IMG/VR virus record: IMGVR_UViG_3300042339_000486
Span: 1 to 27,133 of that record
Reading direction: 5' to 3' (one strand)
Origin: a virus
Lineage: Duplodnaviria > Caudoviricetes
DNA length: 27,133 nt
Part shown: piece by piece, positions 1 to 9,329 of the stretch
Position numbering within the stretch: the first letter of the stretch is position 1
Layout: every line of letters begins with the position of its first letter
The notes under the pieces: model-generated
What the model saw: the letters and a program-made list of their open reading frames with translations, nothing else
Database searches by the model: none
Told to the model about the DNA's origin: nothing
Made by a program: the position numbers and the translations under genes

Positions 1-971
1 GGGGCAGCAGACTCGCGCTCCTGACCGCGCTGCGTAATGTCATTCGCCTGATAAATAAAGTTCCTATCAAACTCGTCAGCATTATCAATACGCCGATTAA
101 TAGGCTGATTAGTTACGCGAGACAAAACCTCAACAGCAGCATCCTTCGTCGGCCGCACAGCATTACGATCAGCCCAAGTCTTAGCCGAATCATAAATCGG
201 AACCTCAGTCTGCAAGAAATCATCAACACTCCCAACAGCATCAGCACCACCCTTACCCAAAGCAGCAGCCCCATCAATAACACTCGCAACATAAGGCTTA
301 ACCCGATCAAAGCCCTGCGTCTTCGCAATAGCCGCACCACCCTTAACAAGTTCCGCAGCATAATCAAAAGCCTTATCAACATCCTGCTCCTTGCCGACAG
401 CACCAGCAGCCGCACGAGCAATCGTCACACCGGGCGAAACAAGACCAACACCATAAGTCTCCTTCGCCGTCTCAAAAACTTCGCCAAACGCTCGGCCAAC
501 AACCGGCAAAACGTTATCCGTATAAAAATCGTCAAGGCCCAAATCATCCGCCAGCCCACCAAGGAACCCGGGATCATCATCCTCCTTCCTCTTCTCCGCA
601 ACAATCTTCCTCAAATTAGAATAATCAGGAGTCGCAACCCTCCGCTCACCAGCAAGACGACTCTTCTCAGCACGATCAAAAAGCGTATCCTGACGCTCAA
701 TAGCGCGCTCGCGAACACGAGCCATGATCTTGCCCTTGTCGCCCTTCGTGAAGAACCCGACCCCGCCGCCACCAGTAGCGATACGACCACGAGGAGTCTC
801 AACAAACTTCGGCGTACGCTTCCTAATTACAATGCGCTTCTCAACATCAGTAAGCGGCAACTTGTACGGGCCATAAGCAGGAAGCGGCTGCTTCTTAATC
901 GGAGCAGGACGACCCGGCCCAGACGTGATAATGATTGGCCCCTTCTTGGGGTTACGGGAAGCCGGGGGCAA
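1..971 (-). CDS. Large internal virion/ejection-like protein, N-terminal part (runs off the left edge; absent from the ORF track)
   Basis: Hand translation from TTG at 971 gives MPPASRNPKKGPIIITSGPGRPAPIKKQ...DDPGFLGGLADDLG...GQERESAA, open to base 1. It starts 4 nt after the previous stop. Function is inferred from position after the tail genes. Confidence 0.7.
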   Translation of the reverse strand, partial: MPPASRNPKKGPIIITSGPGRPAPIKKQPLPAYGPYKLPLTDVEKRIVIRKRTPKFVETPRGRIATGGGGVGFFTKGDKGKIMARVRERAIERQDTLFDRAEKSRLAGERRVATPDYSNLRKIVAEKRKEDDDPGFLGGLADDLGLDDFYTDNVLPVVGRAFGEVFETAKETYGVGLVSPGVTIARAAAGAVGKEQDVDKAFDYAAELVKGGAAIAKTQGFDRVKPYVASVIDGAAALGKGGADAVGSVDDFLQTEVPIYDSAKTWADRNAVRPTKDAAVEVLSRVTNQPINRRIDNADEFDRNFIYQANDITQRGQERESAA

Positions 972-975
972 CGTA

Positions 976-1989
976 TTACCCCTGATACGCCTCTCGCACA
1001 GCAGCCGCGTTCATCATGCCAAACGGAGTGCGCATAATCGCATTATAGATTTCTTGCTGGCTAAACGAACCAAGCGTTCCCGCCGAATCAAACATCATCT
1101 CCGCGATCTCGGAAGGCGCGCGCTTCGTAGTACCACGCTCAACAGTCCGCACAGGAATGCCAGAAATCTTAGCCCCCGTCTTCTTCTCAACATACTTCTT
1201 CCAAAACGCGTCACGCTGAGCCTGCGACTTGTTAGCAGGATCAAACGCAACACCCGACACGTCAATCTTTTTCTGCTTGCCGTCACGCGAATCGGTATAA
1301 GTAATCTCCCCCTCGTAACCACCAGTGCCCTTCTTAGAAGAAAGTTCCTTAGCCATGGTGGAAAACGTCGGAATCAAATCATCAATCTGGCCCGTGTCAG
1401 CCTTAGCCAACTCCGACTCGTACTTAGCCAAAGAAAGATTGTAATTACGATCAGACTCGTAAATGCCACGCTGATAATCTTTCTCCTTCAAATCATAAGC
1501 CTTAGCAGTAGCAGCACCCTCAATCTGCGCAGCCTGCTTCTCCCGCTCACCCGCCTCAATGTCAGCACGAGACTGCGTCAAGTACTTACGAAAATCCTGT
1601 GCCCTCTCCTTACGCGCAGTAGTGGCACGACCCTCAACATCAGCCGCCAACTCAACACCACGCCCAGCAGACAGGCGCGGAGCGGCCTCAGCAGCCTGCA
1701 CCTCCCCAGCAATCGAACCAGCAAGCGCACCAGCACCAACATTCTGACCAGCAGCACCCTGAATAGCAGCAAGGCGACTAGCCTGAGCATTAGCCTGCTC
1801 ACGAAGAATATCCCCAAAAGACTTAGTAATACCAGCCGCCGCCGCCGCCTCTCGCCGACGACGATCCTCAATAACCTGAACACTCTCAACAGCATCAGTA
1901 GCAGTCCGCTGCGCCTCACGCTCGCGCTCCCTCCGAGTCTTAAACGGAGTACTGTACGGGCCGGGAGTGACTTTCTTTGGCTTTGCCAT
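976..1989 (-). CDS. Putative internal virion (ejection) protein, Ala/Gln/Glu-rich and helical
   Basis: 337-aa ORF preceded by a purine-rich RBS-like sequence (AAGAAGAGGG). Composition and synteny match podovirus core proteins. Confidence 0.6.
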   Translation of the reverse strand: MAKPKKVTPGPYSTPFKTRREREREAQRTATDAVESVQVIEDRRRREAAAAAGITKSFGDILREQANAQASRLAAIQGAAGQNVGAGALAGSIAGEVQAAEAAPRLSAGRGVELAADVEGRATTARKERAQDFRKYLTQSRADIEAGEREKQAAQIEGAATAKAYDLKEKDYQRGIYESDRNYNLSLAKYESELAKADTGQIDDLIPTFSTMAKELSSKKGTGGYEGEITYTDSRDGKQKKIDVSGVAFDPANKSQAQRDAFWKKYVEKKTGAKISGIPVRTVERGTTKRAPSEIAEMMFDSAGTLGSFSQQEIYNAIMRTPFGMMNAAAVREAYQG

Positions 1990-2020
1990 TACTTACTCGC
2001 CCTCTTCTTGATATCTTTAA

Positions 2021-3262
2021 TCATCTGCGCGCCGCCTGCCAAGAATTACTCTTTGCATTATAGACCCACTTGCGGCCCGGCCCCGGATTACCAGCAGGCT
2101 TGGGCGGCTTCGTCTTACCAGCACCGCCCGGAGCCTTAGGAACACTAGGCTTAATCGGCTTAGGCTTAATCGGCCTAGGCGTGGGCTTCGCAGGGGGCGG
2201 AGTAGTAGCGCCAGCACGAGGAGGAGTAACCTCAGGATTAAACCGTCCAATATCCCCCGAACTAGCCTCCTCCTGCGCCTCAGAAAACGCCCGAGACCGC
2301 CGACCACCAATGTCAGTAGTCAAGTTAGTCAACTCCCCAAGCAGCCCAGTAATCTCTGCACCCTCACGCTGAACCTGCTGCTCGCCAGCCGCAGTCCGCA
2401 ACCCACCAGAACCCGTGCCACTACGAGAACGCGCCTCAGCCTCACTAGCCGCCGTCCGACGAGCACCAAGAATTGTCTGACCCAACTTTGTACCAGACAA
2501 ATCCGTACCAGTCCCACCAGCACCAAACACATCCGTACCAAGAAGATCCCGATTTACAAGTCGCCCCTGAGCATCACGAACCTGAAAAGCCCCCGCCTGA
2601 GGAGCAGCACCCGGAGCAGCAGAACCAAAGATCTCATCGTACGTCGCTCGCGTACCATCAGCCTTACTAAGACCAAAACCAAGACCACCAAGCCCAAGCG
2701 TTTTACCCGTGTACTCACCACGAAGCGTAGGATCAAGATCAGCAACACGAGACTCCGCAGCCTTCCTAACCTCTTCAGCAATCTGCTCAGGAGTCTTCTC
2801 AGGAGGAGCAGCGGGAGCAGGAGCGCCAGCGCCAGCCCCATCCGCGTCCGACCCAACCGGAGTATCCTCAACAGTTGTGCTTCCATCGGGCTGCGACGTA
2901 ACGGTGCTAGTCGTGGGCTTATTAGGCGTAGCAATGGAGTTGCGCTTCTTCTGCCAAGAATTAGTCTGCGCATTATAAACCCAACTCTGGCCCGGCCCGG
3001 GATTACCCGACGGCTTAGGCGGCTTCGTCTTGGGAGCACCACCCGGCCCGCGAACGACAGGCCCGGGCGTGGGCTTACCAGCAGGCGGCGTAGGCGGCTT
3101 ACCAGCGGGCGACCTAGGCTTACCAGCCGGAGGCGTAGGCGGCTTGCCCGGAGCAGGGGGCTTGCCCGGAGCAGGGGGCTTGCCCGGAGCAGGCGGCTTA
3201 GGGGGAGGCGGGGCAGCGGGCCTAACAGGAGGCTTGCCCGGAGCAGGAGGCTTACGAGCCAT
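2021..3262 (-). CDS. Pro/Lys/Gly-rich putative internal virion protein with a duplicated terminal motif
   Basis: 413 aa with PPAPGK repeats. The motif KTKPPKPxGNPGPGxxWVYNAxxNSWQ occurs twice. TAATG coupling to the upstream gene. Confidence 0.65.
   Translation of the reverse strand: MARKPPAPGKPPVRPAAPPPPKPPAPGKPPAPGKPPAPGKPPTPPAGKPRSPAGKPPTPPAGKPTPGPVVRGPGGAPKTKPPKPSGNPGPGQSWVYNAQTNSWQKKRNSIATPNKPTTSTVTSQPDGSTTVEDTPVGSDADGAGAGAPAPAAPPEKTPEQIAEEVRKAAESRVADLDPTLRGEYTGKTLGLGGLGFGLSKADGTRATYDEIFGSAAPGAAPQAGAFQVRDAQGRLVNRDLLGTDVFGAGGTGTDLSGTKLGQTILGARRTAASEAEARSRSGTGSGGLRTAAGEQQVQREGAEITGLLGELTNLTTDIGGRRSRAFSEAQEEASSGDIGRFNPEVTPPRAGATTPPPAKPTPRPIKPKPIKPSVPKAPGGAGKTKPPKPAGNPGPGRKWVYNAKSNSWQAARR
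3072..3255. repeat. Coding minisatellite: 18-bp unit GGCTTGCCCGGAGCAGGG (PPAPGK) plus degenerate variants
   Basis: Tandem copies start at 3141, 3159 and 3177, with another at 3232. GGCTTACCAGC variants lie at 3072-3130. Confidence 0.85.
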
Positions 3263-3546
3263 TACGCCCCGCGACGCTGAGACTGCTTATACCGCTTCCA
3301 CATCGTATACGCGCGATTCTTCGCATTACCCTTACCATCCTTCTCCGTCTTACGCATAAAATAATTCAGCGTATTAGGAGCAGGAACAGGCTTCTTAGTC
3401 TCAGACGAATCAGGCTTCGAAACCGCACCACGCACAGGATTCTTCTCACCCGGAGAACGCCCCTGATTCTTCGCGGCATACTCGCCAGAAGTCTTAGACG
3501 CCAAACCAGTAAAGTCGCCCTTGCCCTTAAGATCAAACTGCGGCAT
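3262..3546 (-). CDS. Small basic hypothetical protein
   Basis: 94 aa, AGGAG RBS, translationally coupled to the downstream gene. Confidence 0.7.
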   Translation of the reverse strand: MPQFDLKGKGDFTGLASKTSGEYAAKNQGRSPGEKNPVRGAVSKPDSSETKKPVPAPNTLNYFMRKTEKDGKGNAKNRAYTMWKRYKQSQRRGA

Positions 3547-3554
3547 AACTACTC

Positions 3555-3926
3555 CTACATTCCCGGCTTAAAGGCCGCCATCTTCTTCATAATGCTCATA
3601 TCGCCACCCGGCTTCTTGCCACCCGGACGCATCGGCATCGGACGAGCATCAACACCACCCGGACGATCCGGCATCGGCTTCTTAGCGCCACCCGGCATCG
3701 GCGGCATCGGACGAGGAGGCATACCACCAGTAGGCCCGGGCTTCTTAGCACCAGTCGGCATCGGACGACTAGCAGGCGGCAACATACCAGCCGCAGGCGG
3801 CGGCTTCGGAGAAGCCTGACCACGATTCGCACTACGCGGCGTCACCTGACGCTGCTGACCCGGCTTACCGGCAAGACGAGGCATGCCCGGCTTGAAGTTA
3901 GTGCGCTGCGCGTTGTACAAATCCAT
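3555..3926 (-). CDS. Pro/Gly/Met/Lys-rich disordered protein (123 aa; start revised to MDLYNAQ)
   Basis: The track start at 4085 overlaps the upstream gene. ATG at 3926 is preceded by TGcTACTCT-N6, a leaderless promoter pattern. Confidence 0.7.
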   Translation of the reverse strand: MDLYNAQRTNFKPGMPRLAGKPGQQRQVTPRSANRGQASPKPPPAAGMLPPASRPMPTGAKKPGPTGGMPPRPMPPMPGGAKKPMPDRPGGVDARPMPMRPGGKKPGGDMSIMKKMAAFKPGM

Positions 3927-3945
3927 AGTTATAGAGTAGCAGACA

Positions 3946-4260
3946 CTACTCTGGTTTTGGAAACTGTTCCTTAACAGCACGGATTTGAGATTCCATTTCT
4001 GGTGGAAAAACGCCAGCATGAAAGAGCGCATCCAACTGATCGCCGATAGGCGGATACTTGCTAGCACGATCAACTCGGTACACATTCGCCTCTTGTTCTT
4101 TTGCTAGGCGAAAAACTTCAACCTCAATTGCCTCGTTGGTAGGACGCTCAATATTTTTGTCAATCCAATCTAAGCCTTCTAGAGTTCCGTCGCTAGACCA
4201 GCAAGCGCCGGGGGCAAGACTAAGTAGAGCGTCAACATAAGTAATCTCTCTAGTAATCAT
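3946..4260 (-). CDS. Tail fibre assembly chaperone-like protein
   Basis: Has the motif YPPIGDQLDALFH...IRAVKEQFPK typical of small proteins that follow phage fibre genes. ATGA overlap with the fibre gene. Confidence 0.65.
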   Translation of the reverse strand: MITREITYVDALLSLAPGACWSSDGTLEGLDWIDKNIERPTNEAIEVEVFRLAKEQEANVYRVDRASKYPPIGDQLDALFHAGVFPPEMESQIRAVKEQFPKPE

Positions 4261-4928
4261 TGTTTCACCTCAAAAATTGTGTACCCGCTTCCCCACTGAT
4301 TGGCTTGATTTACCTCAATCGTTGAAGTCGAAGCGTAACCCATAATTTGGGTGGTAAAAACACCAGCGCCAGCGCCAGCAGTCGCCGTTGCGTTCTTTGC
4401 CGAACGAAGATAAAGATCCGGGTTTCCGCCACCAGTGTGCATGTAATGCTCATGGCCTGCCGCCGCGCTTTGGGTACTGATTACCGCGCCGCGCCACAAA
4501 AGTCGCGTTGACATTCCCGCATACGCGCCACCCGGATAGTAAGCATGAACAGAAATATCTGAAAACACAAACAATTTTGACGTTGCGTATAACGGCGTAA
4601 ACGTATACGACGACCCATTACAAGTCGTCCACGTTGCGCCGCTCATTGTCGTCACGTTTCCCCACTCGTACCGTTGCGCTTGCACAATAGAACCGGCCGG
4701 GAGCGCACTCGCCGGAACAGCCGCAACAGTAGGATTCGGGTATGTTCCGGAAAGCCCACCACCAGCCGTTAGCCCAATCAGCGTAGTGATCCAAGAAGAA
4801 CCATTCCACGCCTTAAACAACGTAGTATCAGTCTCAAAAAAGAGTTGACCCATCTGTGGCGAAACAAGAGCAACACGCTCCGCAGAGGTTCCCACTGTTG
4901 CGCCTAGGCCGGTAAATGCTGGAGACAT
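4257..4928 (-). CDS. Tail fibre / receptor-binding protein
   Basis: N-terminal GQLFFETDT..WNGSSW module, GGLSGTYPNPTV linker, and a C-terminal LPAGSIVQ...TIFEV beta-rich tip. Confidence 0.7.
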   Translation of the reverse strand: MSPAFTGLGATVGTSAERVALVSPQMGQLFFETDTTLFKAWNGSSWITTLIGLTAGGGLSGTYPNPTVAAVPASALPAGSIVQAQRYEWGNVTTMSGATWTTCNGSSYTFTPLYATSKLFVFSDISVHAYYPGGAYAGMSTRLLWRGAVISTQSAAAGHEHYMHTGGGNPDLYLRSAKNATATAGAGAGVFTTQIMGYASTSTIEVNQANQWGSGYTIFEVKQ

Positions 4929-4931
4929 CCG

Positions 4932-5111
4932 CTACTCCTTTGGAAACTTGTCTTTAACGGCTTTGATAAGCGCACTCATATCCGCAGAAAACACGCCCGC
5001 ATGATACAAATCATCCAACTGATCCCCAATAGGCGGATACGCAACCGCGCGTTCTGCTTGGTACGAACCATGATCAAATGTTTCTTGATTCTCAATTGGA
5101 AAGTTAGTCAT
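4932..5111 (-). CDS. Short tail fibre chaperone paralogue (59 aa; absent from the ORF track)
   Basis: Hand translation MTNFPIENQETFDHGSYQAERAVAYPPIGDQLDDLYHAGVFSADMSALIKAVKDKFPKE, clearly similar to the C-terminal half of 3946-4260. Confidence 0.8.
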   Translation of the reverse strand: MTNFPIENQETFDHGSYQAERAVAYPPIGDQLDDLYHAGVFSADMSALIKAVKDKFPKE

Positions 5112-5119
5112 TATTTGTC

Positions 5120-5830
5120 CTAAATCTTAATGATGTAGTTAGTGACAAGAAATGGTTGTGCCGCAGTACCACTGTTAGCGGTATTGCTGCCGTCAGTAGT
5201 GTTTGTGCTTGGGCCGCCAGTGCTGCCACCAACGCTCAGCCCACCACTAAGCGTTCCCGCATTTCCGCCAATTGTCTGCACACCACCGTAAACAGTAGTT
5301 CCCCAAGCCCCGCCGCCAATAACATTTGCGTAGTAAATATTACCACCAGCAACCCAACGGGCAAACTGGCTACCTTCGCCATGCGTATGGTTACCCATAT
5401 TGTGCGTATGCGTAATTGTGTGTGAATGGTTTGGATTACGCGAAGCGTCGGCAAGGAGATCACTCTTATTTAAGGCGTCTACCGCGACGTTCGCGCCCTT
5501 ACCGACTGGTGCGCGACCCTTTAGATCAGGAATCTTGAACGAGGATGCGCTTGTTCCTCCATACGTCGTAGTGATAGCGGAGTAGAGCGCCGCGTATTGC
5601 GTATTGGCTACGCTGTTTAGTGTTTGCCCATCACAGATAAGCCACCCACTGGGAGCGGTTGACCCTGCGAAGGACTGTATCGACCCGATTGGCGTGACGC
5701 CTTCCCATGCAGTGCCATTCCACCAGCGGTGACTAAACGTGTCTGTTTCGTAGATAATCTGTCCGACGATAGGGCTTGCGGGTCGTGTGGTGCTGGTTAC
5801 TACTTGATGTCCACTACCAAAAATAGTCAT
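5120..5830 (-). CDS. Tail fibre protein with phage tail-collar domain
   Basis: PIGSIQSFAGSTAPSGWLICDGQ...FKIPDLKGR collar motif, HxH motifs, and a C-terminal QPFLVTNYIIK. Confidence 0.85.
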   Translation of the reverse strand: MTIFGSGHQVVTSTTRPASPIVGQIIYETDTFSHRWWNGTAWEGVTPIGSIQSFAGSTAPSGWLICDGQTLNSVANTQYAALYSAITTTYGGTSASSFKIPDLKGRAPVGKGANVAVDALNKSDLLADASRNPNHSHTITHTHNMGNHTHGEGSQFARWVAGGNIYYANVIGGGAWGTTVYGGVQTIGGNAGTLSGGLSVGGSTGGPSTNTTDGSNTANSGTAAQPFLVTNYIIKI

Positions 5831-5838
5831 ACCATCCC

Positions 5839-7215
5839 CTAACTACTACTTAAACGTTTAACGGTACAGGTTATTTGATAACCCGCATTATCAACAGGGT
5901 CTAGCAGCGTCAAACTGCCGCTATCACGATAAATACGAATATCATGAGATTGAGTAGTGGATGTTATTTGCCCTAAAAACTGATAACTTACCGGCCCCGG
6001 ATCGGCCCCGCCAACTTGTCCGGTGCCATATGCTTTAGCAAGTACGGTTGAAGTAGTGGCGTTAAAAAGATTTACACCCGTCCAAGTGTCAGCACCAGTA
6101 CCAAAGCGATGGCCTACGGAAAACTCGTATATTCCGGGCTTAGCAAAAATCATAGAACCGGAAGATAGCGTTAGGTTTTTTGAAAAAAGCAAATTGCTAA
6201 AAGGAACTTTAGTGTTTCCTGTTGCGGCAACAAGACCGGCACCGTCGTATAAGTATTGACCGTAAGCCTCATCGTTTGCAGTAGGAATAATAACCCATGA
6301 TATTCCGCTGTAGAGAAGCAGCCTTTCAATGTCCGTATCGTAAATCATTGTTCCCGTAGCGGGGAAGGCGGGACGACTTAAAGATGAGCAAATAATGTGA
6401 CCTTGACCGGAAAGCGCGTTAATCCCCGCAAGATGCGCAGTAAGATCAGTGACCGCACCAGCACCGGGCGCAGCCGCATTCCGAGTATACGCAGACGGCA
6501 CATAATCAATCTGCACCCGATCCCCGTCAATGACATCCGTGCCAGCACGAATATGCGACGAAGCATGAGCAACAGTAGACGGCTCAACACTACCACTAAG
6601 CGTAACCTTGATGATATAAACAGGACTAGGTACACCACTAGAAGAGAGGTTCGGCAGGTTGAATGTGGTGCTGCCATCGCCAGCACCATACGTTGTCCCG
6701 ATAATCGCGAACAAGCCTGCGTACGTTGTGCGGCTGATAGCAGTCCCGTCAGCGCGTAGCCAGCCAGTCGGATACACACTACCCGCATACAACTGGAGCG
6801 AGCCTAGAGGCACCGCAATGAGCGTCTCACTAATCACTGTCGTACTAGCAGCCGCAGCCGTCGCCTTAATGATGAAGTTCGTATAGGTTCCGACAAAGTT
6901 TGGAAGTGCGAACGTCGTCCCCGGAAGCGCACCCGGCCCGTATGTCGTCCCAATAGCCGCAAAGAGATCAGGGTAGGATGCTCGGAGTTGGCTAGAACCA
7001 TCAGCGTCTAGATAGCCCGTGGGGATTGTCGCGCCAGAGTAAGCAACGACGGAGCCAATGGGGAGCGGGTCGGATGTTCCACCAAACGTGACACCTGCCG
7101 CTTTCATAGCAGCGGCTAGGTCTTTAGCATTGTTGTAGAGGACGGCGTTCGGGATTGGGCCAGCGCCGCTTAGCGCGATTCGTGTGGCTTCGATGTTGCT
7201 TTCGTCAAGGGCCAT
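5839..7215 (-). CDS. Tail fibre protein with two tandem tail-collar domains
   Basis: PIGSVVAYSG...FALPNF and PLGSLQLYAG...FNLPNL collar motifs, plus a beta-rich C-terminal domain. Confidence 0.85.
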   Translation of the reverse strand: MALDESNIEATRIALSGAGPIPNAVLYNNAKDLAAAMKAAGVTFGGTSDPLPIGSVVAYSGATIPTGYLDADGSSQLRASYPDLFAAIGTTYGPGALPGTTFALPNFVGTYTNFIIKATAAAASTTVISETLIAVPLGSLQLYAGSVYPTGWLRADGTAISRTTYAGLFAIIGTTYGAGDGSTTFNLPNLSSSGVPSPVYIIKVTLSGSVEPSTVAHASSHIRAGTDVIDGDRVQIDYVPSAYTRNAAAPGAGAVTDLTAHLAGINALSGQGHIICSSLSRPAFPATGTMIYDTDIERLLLYSGISWVIIPTANDEAYGQYLYDGAGLVAATGNTKVPFSNLLFSKNLTLSSGSMIFAKPGIYEFSVGHRFGTGADTWTGVNLFNATTSTVLAKAYGTGQVGGADPGPVSYQFLGQITSTTQSHDIRIYRDSGSLTLLDPVDNAGYQITCTVKRLSSS

Positions 7216-9329
7216 TAGCGCTTAACCCGGCCCTGCCTAGCAACAGTGTAGTTAAACGAAAGTTTATCAATCCAAAAGTCGTCTTGCGTTACCAAATAAC
7301 TGCCGGAAAACGCCGTTGTAAACTCTAGTGCCAAGCCAACATTAGTGGCCTTACTCTGGAAATAGCCCGGCGTAGAGAGGGGAGCCGTGCCCCTAAGTTC
7401 CTTAAGCGTAGATGGCTGACCGTTGTAATACACCCCGCCAAGATAAAACGACCCCTGAGTAACAATCAAGTCGGGGTCAAGCCCAGTTTTAATGCTAACA
7501 ACAGTATTGGGCGCGTTGCATGCTCCAGTAAATACCATTTTCTGAAACCGCTTCATAGAAGACGACGAGTTAAACGTGTACGACTTTGTTACTAGCCTTG
7601 CGTTTACGCGCGCGGATGTGTCTGGGTCGCACCAGAAGTTATAACCGCTTGGGTTGGGCGAGGGTGGAATTTGTTCAAAGGGATCTGTTAGCGTCATTGT
7701 TTCTAGACGACAAATCTTTGACCCACTTGCAGCCCCGGGGTTTGCTGGATCTACAAGAAATTTTGGTGCGTATACATGACCGCTCCCCTTGGGGTCATTT
7801 ATACCAGAACCCCACGTTAGGCCAGTAAATCCAGAGGCCACTATTCTAGTCCAAGAATAATCATTAGAAAGGTCGCACATCCAACCTAGGCCATATTTTG
7901 TAAACAAAACATAATAGTTGTTAAACAGAACAGCCGACCCGCAGGGGAAATCGGCTCCATAAATACCAACAGAAGACGAAAAATAACCGTAAGAAAACTG
8001 TACTTTGTTTTCCATTAGATTTACAAAAGATGCGCCATCAGTAATGTAAACGGTGTTTAGATCAGAAAACATAACGCCCTTAGGGGTTTTCTGAATAGTC
8101 TTTGGGTACGCGCAACCAATATTGGTAGACAGGGTACGGATGTTAATAGAACTTTCGCCCGTTACCCCGCCCGTTGTAACAATACTTCCCAAGGTACCGC
8201 TAAGCATCAGAATCTTATCTACGCACAAAACCATAAGATTGTTTGCGTCAAGGCTCACGAGGCCCGTGATCCCAGCAGTGTCAAGCGTCAACGACTGACC
8301 CTTAGGCCACCCAGCATAGAGAAGGCCCAGAAGACCATCAGACTTGGTGTTTGCCGCCGTTGCAGGCTCACCAGTAATCGCGCTCCACATAATCGTATTA
8401 GCCCTAGCGTCAACCTTTGCAAACGAGGGCGGCGTAAATGCTGATAGGGAAACATAATTATTTGTGCCCTGAACGGCGCAAACGGTTCGGTTCTGGTGAA
8501 TCACTGCAGAGTTAGCGCCCATCGGCCTAGCGCCGCCACCAGTTTCAAAGTTTGCCCCGCCCATACCAAACGTTGTCGAACGAGAATAATACGTTCCGAC
8601 AAAAGCGTTTTTAGGGGTAGGCGTTACGGTAATCGTACCAGCCGCATCGTCTTGAGATATGATTTTGCCAACGTATTCGTTCTGATTAGTTCCAGCACCA
8701 ACCGTCGCATAAAAAAATTGTCCGGCCATTGTTGTTGCTTTAAAAGCGTTATAGAACGGTAGTGTGGAAAACGCAATTACAGACTCGTTAGCCTTAACGG
8801 TGACGGTTCCACCAGAAGTTGTTGAAAAGTTTCCAACATCAGCCTTTGCGCCACCAGCCCAAACAATAGGAAGCGCGTTATAAGTCGTCCCTAGCGAAGT
8901 AGCACTTTCGGAAATTGGGAATCCAACAATTCCAAACGAGTTAAACGAATCGCCGGGTACACCAGAAGAATAAGATCCAACATCACTATTTGTTGATGCC
9001 GTTCCTGTTTCCAGTGGGCTACTTCCGCCCGGTTCACCAAGTTCAAACGAATCAAGAATTATCTTGTTAGACGATACGCGCGAAGCGTAACCGCGCTGAA
9101 GTGCCGCGCTTTCAGAATCGTCAGAAGTTCCGAGGGAATTGTAATAGTTAGCGTTTGCGGCTTGAAGATAAGATCTAATTGCCTTTCTTTTAGTAAGGCG
9201 TCCAGACTTATCCGTAAAGACGTTTTCTGCATACAGCAAACCATTGTCGGGGATGAGGCTTGCGCTGATGTCGCTCATCTCTCCGCCAGAGAAGTCGGAG
9301 TATTCGATCCAGCGGCTGTTCTTACTCAT
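7215..9329 (-). CDS. Tail nozzle / tubular protein B-like (P22 gp10 or T7 gp12 position)
   Basis: 704 aa. N-terminal DFSGGE...AENV...GRLTKRK and internal NIGCAYPKTI motifs. Follows the adaptor gene. Confidence 0.7.
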   Translation of the reverse strand: MSKNSRWIEYSDFSGGEMSDISASLIPDNGLLYAENVFTDKSGRLTKRKAIRSYLQAANANYYNSLGTSDDSESAALQRGYASRVSSNKIILDSFELGEPGGSSPLETGTASTNSDVGSYSSGVPGDSFNSFGIVGFPISESATSLGTTYNALPIVWAGGAKADVGNFSTTSGGTVTVKANESVIAFSTLPFYNAFKATTMAGQFFYATVGAGTNQNEYVGKIISQDDAAGTITVTPTPKNAFVGTYYSRSTTFGMGGANFETGGGARPMGANSAVIHQNRTVCAVQGTNNYVSLSAFTPPSFAKVDARANTIMWSAITGEPATAANTKSDGLLGLLYAGWPKGQSLTLDTAGITGLVSLDANNLMVLCVDKILMLSGTLGSIVTTGGVTGESSINIRTLSTNIGCAYPKTIQKTPKGVMFSDLNTVYITDGASFVNLMENKVQFSYGYFSSSVGIYGADFPCGSAVLFNNYYVLFTKYGLGWMCDLSNDYSWTRIVASGFTGLTWGSGINDPKGSGHVYAPKFLVDPANPGAASGSKICRLETMTLTDPFEQIPPSPNPSGYNFWCDPDTSARVNARLVTKSYTFNSSSSMKRFQKMVFTGACNAPNTVVSIKTGLDPDLIVTQGSFYLGGVYYNGQPSTLKELRGTAPLSTPGYFQSKATNVGLALEFTTAFSGSYLVTQDDFWIDKLSFNYTVARQGRVKR

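Noticed and set aside
925-2139. 404-aa plus-strand ORF
   Set aside because: Antisense shadow of the real minus-strand genes. It has L/S/R-rich composition and no RBS.
4005-5045. Nucleotide similarity between about 4005-4058 and 4988-5040 as a possible DGR template/variable repeat
   Set aside because: Both copies encode paralogous chaperones. Differences look codon-position driven rather than adenine-specific, and no reverse transcriptase is in the window.
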